From the NCBI GenBank assembly GCA_964589775.1, contig CAZPUN010000021.1, forward strand, positions 30,001 through 62,000: a stretch of DNA of 32,000 nt, read 5' to 3'. The notes beneath the pieces are model-generated. The model was not told the DNA's origin. It did not search any database and saw only the letters and a program-made list of their open reading frames with translations. Position 1 is the stretch's first letter, and each line of letters starts with the position of its first letter. Below are positions 25,419 to 32,000 of the stretch, piece after piece. A program made the translations under genes and the position numbers. Source of the stretch: an uncultured archaeon (GTDB lineage: Archaea; Asgardarchaeota; Thorarchaeia; Thorarchaeales; CAZPUN01).

Positions 25419-27209
25419 TAGAGTTCTTCTTCGTCTTTTATTTTGTTTTGGCTTCAGGTATTTTGCAAGTTCTTCAGCTTTTTCTTTTAGAATGTCTTCG
25501 TTCTCTTGCACAGTTATTAGTGCTGATATCTTGTCTTGATTCAGTATCTTTTGTAGTATTTCTGCTAGTTCAACAATCTCTTGGTCGGTCGAATTCATTT
25601 CCAATGCTGAAAGTAGCTTATTAAGGTGGTCTGATGGTAATTTTCTGTTAGTTTTTAGATATATTAACAATGCTGAATATAGGTCCTCTAATGCTTCTGA
25701 ATAACCTTCGATATTCATGAGCTCTTTTGCAGAATGTAAAAATAGATCATATGCTTTGTTCAATGCTTCGGGTTTGTTTAATTTTGATAATTCACGAGCT
25801 GCATTTCGTATCCATATTGAAGCACACTCTGCACCGCACAATTTTTCATATGCTTTTGCTGCTTTCATAGCTAAATCTGCTGCAGTTTTTCGTAAATGTT
25901 CTGCACTTGGTTCTACGTTGATTTCTTCACTTGTATCAGCGGCTTTTGAACACATGGTTGCAGCTTCTTCAAAATTTTCAGTAATCATATTTTCTTGCAT
26001 AAGTCCGAGATACAAATCTCTTGCCATTTCCAAATAATGCTGGAAATCCTCTCCCATGATTTTTGATACTTTGGCCGCGCGTTCATAATTTAGTGCAGCT
26101 TCCGAAAAGTCTCCTTCATCTTCACTTGATTCAGCTCTTACTAAATATTTGTTTAGTAACTCATCAAGGATCTGTCTTCCTTCGTTTTCCATTCTACTTC
26201 TTAGCATACATGTGGCAGCTGTAATCTTATATTCATCGATTAGGTCTTCTTGATTGCTATCTGCTTTTGCTGCGAGAGTAAGAAATAATTCCGCTGCATG
26301 TCTATATGCCCATCTAGCTTTCATGACTTTGTTTAGGCGTTCGAAAATTTCTGCAGCACGTAGAGCTAATGTTGCTTGTTTTTCAGGGACTTCATCAACC
26401 TTTTGAAATTCTAAAGCTGCTTTTTCAAGAAATATTTGTGCTTGTTGAATTTGCCTATTTCGATCCAGTAATTCCGCCAAAAATTCGTAAACGCTTCCTG
26501 CTTTTGAATGCATGGACATGTGGGAATAGTATTCTGCAGCTCTTTGGAATTCTTTTGCGGCACGCATATCTTGGTCTAGTTTCAACAATATTGTTCCTGC
26601 ATCTATTAATGCAGATGCGCCCTCGTCGTATTTGCCTCGAGATACTGCAATATCTGCCTTTTGATAAAGTAATTTTATAGTGCTTTTCCATACCTTATTT
26701 GCTTGTATATAATCTTTAAGTTCCTCATATTTTTCTGCAAGTTTCTTTAGAAGTTTAATCGCATCATCAAGTCTTCCATTATCTATGTGTTGTTGAATGA
26801 CTTCTTCCATAAGTTCAATTATTTTCTTATTTATATGAATTAGTTCAACATCGTCTTGAATAAGATCCGATGCATTTTTGAAGAAGGATAGTGCTTCGTT
26901 TGGTTTATTATATCTTCTAGCGATTCTCCCTGCTGTTAAGAAAATCTGTGAGACTACATCAGAGGTCTCTTCAGGTTCGCCTATTCGTGAATATGCTACT
27001 GCAGCTTTCTTATAGCATTTCAAGCACTTGTCGATTTTTTCTGCTTTTTCATACAAGTCTGCCGCAATTTGATATATCTCTGATGCTAATTCGTTATCTC
27101 CATTATGTTCAGCATGGGCTGCGGTATTCTCTGCTAGCACTGCAGCTGCATTATATTTCTCCTCATTTTTCAGATTCTCGATTTTTTCAAGCATCTGTTT
27201 TATATCCAA
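25407..27209 (-). CDS. Alpha-solenoid (TPR/alpha-SNAP-like repeat) protein
   Basis: Recurrent Ala/aromatic helical units, e.g. AADLYEKA, CYKKAAVAY, AAKEFQRAAEYY, AALNYERAA; basic C-terminus KRRRR. Confidence 0.75.
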   Translation of the reverse strand: MDIKQMLEKIENLKNEEKYNAAAVLAENTAAHAEHNGDNELASEIYQIAADLYEKAEKIDKCLKCYKKAAVAYSRIGEPEETSDVVSQIFLTAGRIARRYNKPNEALSFFKNASDLIQDDVELIHINKKIIELMEEVIQQHIDNGRLDDAIKLLKKLAEKYEELKDYIQANKVWKSTIKLLYQKADIAVSRGKYDEGASALIDAGTILLKLDQDMRAAKEFQRAAEYYSHMSMHSKAGSVYEFLAELLDRNRQIQQAQIFLEKAALEFQKVDEVPEKQATLALRAAEIFERLNKVMKARWAYRHAAELFLTLAAKADSNQEDLIDEYKITAATCMLRSRMENEGRQILDELLNKYLVRAESSEDEGDFSEAALNYERAAKVSKIMGEDFQHYLEMARDLYLGLMQENMITENFEEAATMCSKAADTSEEINVEPSAEHLRKTAADLAMKAAKAYEKLCGAECASIWIRNAARELSKLNKPEALNKAYDLFLHSAKELMNIEGYSEALEDLYSALLIYLKTNRKLPSDHLNKLLSALEMNSTDQEIVELAEILQKILNQDKISALITVQENEDILKEKAEELAKYLKPKQNKRRRRTLLQV

Positions 27210-27215
27210 TACTTT

Positions 27216-28316
27216 TCACACCCTGTTAATTAGAATTGGTTTTTGTTCATGCGAAGACTTGTATGCCATATCAACGACCAGATGAGCTTTTGCTGCATCA
27301 TCAAATCCAGGATATGGTACTTTATCTTCCAGAATTGATTTAATATATATATAGTCCTGAATTGCATATCTTTCAGAACCAATGTTTATGAGTGCATCAA
27401 TTTGCTCACTGTTGAGTGAGTCGTATTCAAATCCGATTTTCTCTAATAATCTCCTACTCGCGCTCTCATATGAAATTGCTGTTGGCTCTCCATCAGCTTC
27501 ATGTATTATTAATGTTTTCTTTTCTTCCAATATTATTTTGATATACGCTTTTTCAAAAAACACTTCAATTTCTCTATTCGAGGGGCGATCGACTTTATGC
27601 CATATTGAATCTATGCTTGTTGTCATTCCATTCTTATGTGTCATGATCAATGAAGCATGATCATCCAATTCTTTTTGTGTATAATAATTAATTTGTGCGT
27701 ATACACTTCTAATATTTCCAAATAACCACATTAATAAGTCTACATCATGTATTGAGTGCTCTAGGAGTGTTCCTCCACCTGCTATTTCCTTATTTCCACG
27801 CCATGCAGAATAATTACCCCAGTTAATCGGAATGTGTTGGTCGTCTCTGATATGTGCCACCATTGGATGTCCCAAATTATGCTCGCTAATATAATCACGT
27901 ACGTAATTTAAAAATGGATCAAATCGCAGAACTAATCCAACTTGCCCCTTTAAACCTGATTTGTTCATAATATTTCGCATTTCATTCGCTACAGAATAAT
28001 TATGTGCGAGAGGCTTTTCGCAAAACACATGTTTTCTTTTCTCGATTGCAAGTTCTAAAATTTCTTTGTGCCATTTCGTCGGTACCAGTATGAATACTGC
28101 ATCAACGTTAGGATCCTTTATCAAGTCTTTGTAATTCATAAAAGATTTTTTTGCATCGAACAATTCTGTAGTTTCAACTAGTGTTTCCTTATCTATGTCT
28201 GCAATTGCATATATCTCTGCATCCAGAAGATTTGCTTCTATCAGTGCAGCTATTGACATCAAATGCATTTTGCCAATATTTCCAGCTCCTATGAACCCTA
28301 ACTTAAGTCTAGTCAT
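27216..28316 (-). CDS. Gfo/Idh/MocA family NAD(P)-dependent oxidoreductase
   Basis: GFIGAGNIG, HVFCEKP, GGGTLLEHSIHDVD. Confidence 0.92.
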   Translation of the reverse strand: MTRLKLGFIGAGNIGKMHLMSIAALIEANLLDAEIYAIADIDKETLVETTELFDAKKSFMNYKDLIKDPNVDAVFILVPTKWHKEILELAIEKRKHVFCEKPLAHNYSVANEMRNIMNKSGLKGQVGLVLRFDPFLNYVRDYISEHNLGHPMVAHIRDDQHIPINWGNYSAWRGNKEIAGGGTLLEHSIHDVDLLMWLFGNIRSVYAQINYYTQKELDDHASLIMTHKNGMTTSIDSIWHKVDRPSNREIEVFFEKAYIKIILEEKKTLIIHEADGEPTAISYESASRRLLEKIGFEYDSLNSEQIDALINIGSERYAIQDYIYIKSILEDKVPYPGFDDAAKAHLVVDMAYKSSHEQKPILINRV

Positions 28317-28336
28317 CTTTAGTCATCACTTGTTCT

Positions 28337-28756
28337 TTATTCGCCCTGTACTTGTACAATGATTCTTCTGTTTCGTGGGCGGTTATCAAAATCTACAAAA
28401 ACAATCTGTTGCCATGTTCCCAAGGCAAGTTCCCCATTTATTATTGGAACAACAATTCCCGGACCCATGAGGGATGCGCGTACATGTGAATGACCATTAC
28501 CATCATGCCATCTTTTATGATGTTCGTATTCAATATTTTTCGGCGCTATACGTTCCATAAGAGCTGGAAAGTCCTCTAGCAGTCCAGGTTCATACTCAAT
28601 TGTTGTGATCGACGCTGTTGAACCGGGTACAAAAATCAAAACCATTCCATTTTTTATATTACTCTTATTTACGATACTTTCAACCTTTGAAGTTATATCC
28701 TTAATATCAGTATTTCCTCGAGTACTTAGAGTAATATAATCTGTGTATACTGTCAT
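28337..28756 (-). CDS. yjbQ: YjbQ/UPF0047 family protein (secondary thiamine-phosphate synthase-like)
   Basis: GSTASITTIEYEPGL, DGNGHSHVRASL, LGTWQQIVFVDFD. ATG 28756 follows GAGGGTG (ORF track starts at 28783). Confidence 0.9.
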   Translation of the reverse strand: MTVYTDYITLSTRGNTDIKDITSKVESIVNKSNIKNGMVLIFVPGSTASITTIEYEPGLLEDFPALMERIAPKNIEYEHHKRWHDGNGHSHVRASLMGPGIVVPIINGELALGTWQQIVFVDFDNRPRNRRIIVQVQGE

Positions 28757-28838
28757 TTGACACACCCTCGCACAAATATACAACTTTACATGGTCTAATC
28801 AGTACTTAAAATTTTAGTTTTCAAAAATTAGTGATTTC

Positions 28839-28956
28839 GGAAGCACAAGGCTAAAAATAGACTTGAGAGGAACGCGGGTGACTAGGCTTAGGCAAATAAA
28901 TAGCCCTGTGCTTCCAAATGGTAGCAATCTTGAAGGCTAGGTTTTCATTATGCTAC
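28839..28956 (-). other. Intergenic inverted repeats (15-bp stem around 47 nt, plus adjacent hairpin)
   Basis: GGAAGCACAAGGCTA (28839-28853) / TAGCCCTGTGCTTCC (28901-28915); GTAGCA (28921-28926) / TGCTAC (28951-28956). Confidence 0.6.
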
Positions 28957-29031
28957 GATTATAATAATACCACGACTCTATTTAAACTTTATGATACTAT
29001 ATGCACGTATCGATACCATCTGTACGTATAT

Positions 29032-30384
29032 TCATAGCATCATACTCATCATATCTATTTGTGAATACAGTTCCTTGATAAGGTTGAAAGATGAAACAAG
29101 GACTCTTTCTTTTGCAATTACTGTTAGATTAATATTGATCTCTTTATTTTTTGAGATGATTTCTAGATTTATTAGTGGTGCAATATTTTTTAGATTGTCT
29201 TGTATTAAATAACTACTCGATAATCGTTCAATTACTTTTTCGTTTGTTCCCTGCCACTGAAAGATCTTTTTTATTTCCATTGATGATATATATGTTGATT
29301 CAGGTAACTCTGAAAGTTGAACACATTTGATTATAAATTCTGGAATATTAGACACTATACCTTTCGCAGTTGCTATAATTTGTGAATTATCCATTTTGAA
29401 TGTAATTGTTCTTAAGGCTCCAAAATCGGTGCTAAAAATAATTTCATCGTAATTTGATTCATCGGGCCTTAGTAGAACTTTGCCATATATCTTTATTGAA
29501 AAGATCTCATCATTTATGTTTGGTATTTCTGAAAATCTTGTATATTGTAATTTTTTCGGTTCTTGATATTTCTGAGTTTTTTGTTTTTGTTCAACAGATT
29601 CTTTCGTATCTTTTTGATGGGTTGAAATCTCTTGTGTATATTCTATGTTTTGTTTTTTGGCTGATGTTTTTGTTTCTTCTGAACTTGGTGTAGCTGGTAA
29701 AATCACACCGCGTTCTTTCAATAATTTTTCATAACTTTCTGACAATGACCGTGATATTCCTTCTATTAATCTTTCTACTGAAAACATATATTTTCGGTTG
29801 AATTCTGCTTTAAAATACACTTTTGTTTCATTTGATCGTACATTTATTATTATATGTCTAAATTCATTTGTGGAGCTAAGTACAAAATCAATCATGCCAT
29901 AGTTAATAGATTCTAAAAATTCTTTACAAGATGACTTTACTTTTAATGTGTCTGAACTTTGTATATTCATTTCATATTTGTAAAATTTGCGCGGTGGATC
30001 TTCGTATCGTTTATCATATATGTTCAAAGATATTTCACTTGAATTGCATACAGGCAAATATTTCTTCATCATTCTATGAAAACTATTTGTCGTTGTAATA
30101 TTTACTATACCGAATGAACCATCTATGAATAAGAGTCCAGACTTTATTGTTTTACTATATTTAGGTACAAACTCGTACGCATTTGCCTTATTTTTCTTAA
30201 TTGAACCTCCCCATTCTCTAAAATATTCTTTTATTATCTCCTCAGAACTATTCATATTTGTGATGGGACCACTATCTTCAATTAATTTCTTTCGGACAAA
30301 TCCAAAACCTACCAATAAACCTGCAATTATTAAATTCACATCAAAACATAGTACAATCATTTCCCGCACCATACCATTACCCAT
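29032..30384 (-). CDS. Hypothetical membrane-anchored protein
   Basis: 450-aa ORF with an N-terminal hydrophobic helix followed by RKK and a central polar linker; no family recognised. Confidence 0.7.
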   Translation of the reverse strand: MGNGMVREMIVLCFDVNLIIAGLLVGFGFVRKKLIEDSGPITNMNSSEEIIKEYFREWGGSIKKNKANAYEFVPKYSKTIKSGLLFIDGSFGIVNITTTNSFHRMMKKYLPVCNSSEISLNIYDKRYEDPPRKFYKYEMNIQSSDTLKVKSSCKEFLESINYGMIDFVLSSTNEFRHIIINVRSNETKVYFKAEFNRKYMFSVERLIEGISRSLSESYEKLLKERGVILPATPSSEETKTSAKKQNIEYTQEISTHQKDTKESVEQKQKTQKYQEPKKLQYTRFSEIPNINDEIFSIKIYGKVLLRPDESNYDEIIFSTDFGALRTITFKMDNSQIIATAKGIVSNIPEFIIKCVQLSELPESTYISSMEIKKIFQWQGTNEKVIERLSSSYLIQDNLKNIAPLINLEIISKNKEININLTVIAKERVLVSSFNLIKELYSQIDMMSMML

Positions 30385-30546
30385 ATATTCGTAAATTTCC
30401 TTATAAGGAATCTTATTTTTGAGTCGTTTTCCGTTATCCTAATTCAAATTGTTACTTTTGCCCTCAATATCATAGATAAAACATTATATTAATATTAAAA
30501 AGTCCACAAATTTTGTAATAACGAATGAGTAGATTGGTGAAGTTAG

Positions 30547-31902
30547 TTGCCAAAATTTGAAAAGGTATCAGTAATCGGGTCTGGAGCTGGTGGTCTATTA
30601 ACCGCATTAGGTCTAGCGAATCGAAATATCAAAACTGATATTTATGAAATGGCTTCACATATTGGTGGTAGATTTTACAGTTATTATGTTGATGGATATT
30701 GGGTTGATGAAGGGTTACATGTTATTACTCGAATAAATTCTGGTCCTTTCATTCGTTTTCTGCGTAATAATTTGAAGAGCATTCCAAAATTTGTGCCTCA
30801 TGAAGGTTGGTATTTTAGAGTTTATGATCGTGAAGACACTGTGCCGAGTAGTGTTTTCAAGGCATTAAAATGGAAGCTAGTTGATTTTTCCGGGCGTATC
30901 CAATTACTGAAAATTGGTGCAAAGATCAAAACAATGACTCATGAGAAAATGTTGCATGAAAAAGATAAGACATTCGCTCAATATTTGGATGAGCATAATA
31001 TTACTCATAAAGTACTTCGCGATATTCTTGAAAGTGGATTATATCTCGCTACGGGAGTTCCGATAACTGAAGCCTCAGCTTATGAATCTTTAATGACTTT
31101 GAAAGATACTGATAAAAATGAGCCAAAATTAAAGGCAATCAAGAAAATACTCTTCGGAACCAACGATTATGATGAAGGTTATGTAATTGGTGGTATGGGT
31201 GGCTTATTAGAACGAATTGTTGATGGAATTCATGGGGAAATAAAAACACAGTCAAAAGTAACCCAAATCGATGTTGAAGACAATCAGGTTGTAGGTATTC
31301 ATGTCAATGGTGAATATATTCCTACAAATTATGTTGTCAGTAATGTACCATTATGGAGCCTATATAAGCTTCTTCATGGTGTTGATTCCGAGACCATGAA
31401 CTGGTTCAAATCCTATAGTCATATGCGACCTACTTATGGGCTTACTATATGGTTTGGATTGAAGAAGAAAGTATTGAATGATCGAAAATCCCGTGTTATT
31501 GTGTATCCTCGTCCAAGTGCATGGATTGTCTCAACGAGTGCATACGATCCCAGTAGAGCTCCTGAGGGAAAGGAATTGGTCGCCGTTGCGACTATATTAC
31601 AGAAAGGCGAAAATCCCAAAAAGAAAGCCGAACTGTTGAAAGAAGAAGTATTAGAAAAATATCATCCGGAAATTTTGAAATATGCGGAGATGGAACATAT
31701 ACAACATTCCTATGCTACGCGAGCCGCTCTGATTCTTGGACAGACTTCTCTAGACCGCCCTGGACCTAGAACGCCAATCAAAGGCCTATATATCGTCGGT
31801 ACAGATACCGCAGGAAAAGGTGTGGGATTACAGCATGCAGCAAATTCTGCTCTGGGCGCAATTGACGCAATTACAAAAGATATGGAGATGCAAAATCAAT
31901 GA
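30547..31902 (+). CDS. FAD-dependent oxidoreductase, phytoene desaturase/amine oxidase superfamily
   Basis: VIGSGAGGL, IGGR, VDEGLH, GGMGGL, DPSRAPEGK, TPIKGLYIVGT. Confidence 0.85.
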   Translation: MPKFEKVSVIGSGAGGLLTALGLANRNIKTDIYEMASHIGGRFYSYYVDGYWVDEGLHVITRINSGPFIRFLRNNLKSIPKFVPHEGWYFRVYDREDTVPSSVFKALKWKLVDFSGRIQLLKIGAKIKTMTHEKMLHEKDKTFAQYLDEHNITHKVLRDILESGLYLATGVPITEASAYESLMTLKDTDKNEPKLKAIKKILFGTNDYDEGYVIGGMGGLLERIVDGIHGEIKTQSKVTQIDVEDNQVVGIHVNGEYIPTNYVVSNVPLWSLYKLLHGVDSETMNWFKSYSHMRPTYGLTIWFGLKKKVLNDRKSRVIVYPRPSAWIVSTSAYDPSRAPEGKELVAVATILQKGENPKKKAELLKEEVLEKYHPEILKYAEMEHIQHSYATRAALILGQTSLDRPGPRTPIKGLYIVGTDTAGKGVGLQHAANSALGAIDAITKDMEMQNQ

Positions 31903-32000
31903 AGCCTATGGAATTTTGGATTGTAAGTGGAACTGGAATAAGCAAAACTCATATGTTAAATGCATTTGATAATGCGCTAAAAGAGTGCGGCTTGATAAAC
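31899..32000 (+). CDS. pdaD: Pyruvoyl-dependent arginine decarboxylase (N-terminal fragment at window edge)
   Basis: Not in the ORF track. Translation MKPMEFWIVSGTGISKTHMLNAFDNALKECGLIN matches the G.G.S....L.AFD.AL...G...N pattern; ATGA overlap with the upstream stop. Confidence 0.7.
   Translation, partial: MKPMEFWIVSGTGISKTHMLNAFDNALKECGLIN

Noticed and set aside
28921-28956. SECIS-like AUGA...GA in the minus-strand hairpin
   Set aside because: The spacing is too short for a SECIS helix II, and no in-frame TGA selenoprotein candidate was noticed nearby.

Overview
AT-rich archaeal chromosomal window, most likely from an Asgard archaeon. The evidence is a Rab-like small GTPase, a roadblock/LC7 protein, a divergent EF-2 lacking the diphthamide loop, aIF5A, Nob1, MfnA and a BHB-type tRNA intron. 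It holds about 30 CDS, mostly housekeeping or metabolic, and two tRNAs: His-GTG with a non-canonical T-loop intron, and Leu-CAG. No integrase, transposase or cas gene was recognised. The main observations are: (1) a co-oriented cluster of Rab-like GTPase, roadblock, CxxC thioredoxin-fold (KaiB-like) protein and two single-domain KaiC-like ATPases, a candidate signalling or timer system; (2) a full-length class III ribonucleotide reductase homologue that lacks the glycyl-radical Gly and apparently the catalytic Cys residues but keeps its ATP-cone and Zn ribbon, with a structured leader and a divergent pair of paralogous wHTH-coiled-coil genes; (3) an orphan 37-bp repeat/36-bp spacer/37-bp repeat unit resembling IS200/IS605 (TnpB omegaRNA) right ends; (4) a Hef-like helicase with degenerate ATPase motifs, an alpha-SNAP-like solenoid, and several GC-rich intergenic hairpins. 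All family calls come from reading motifs by eye; no database search was run.
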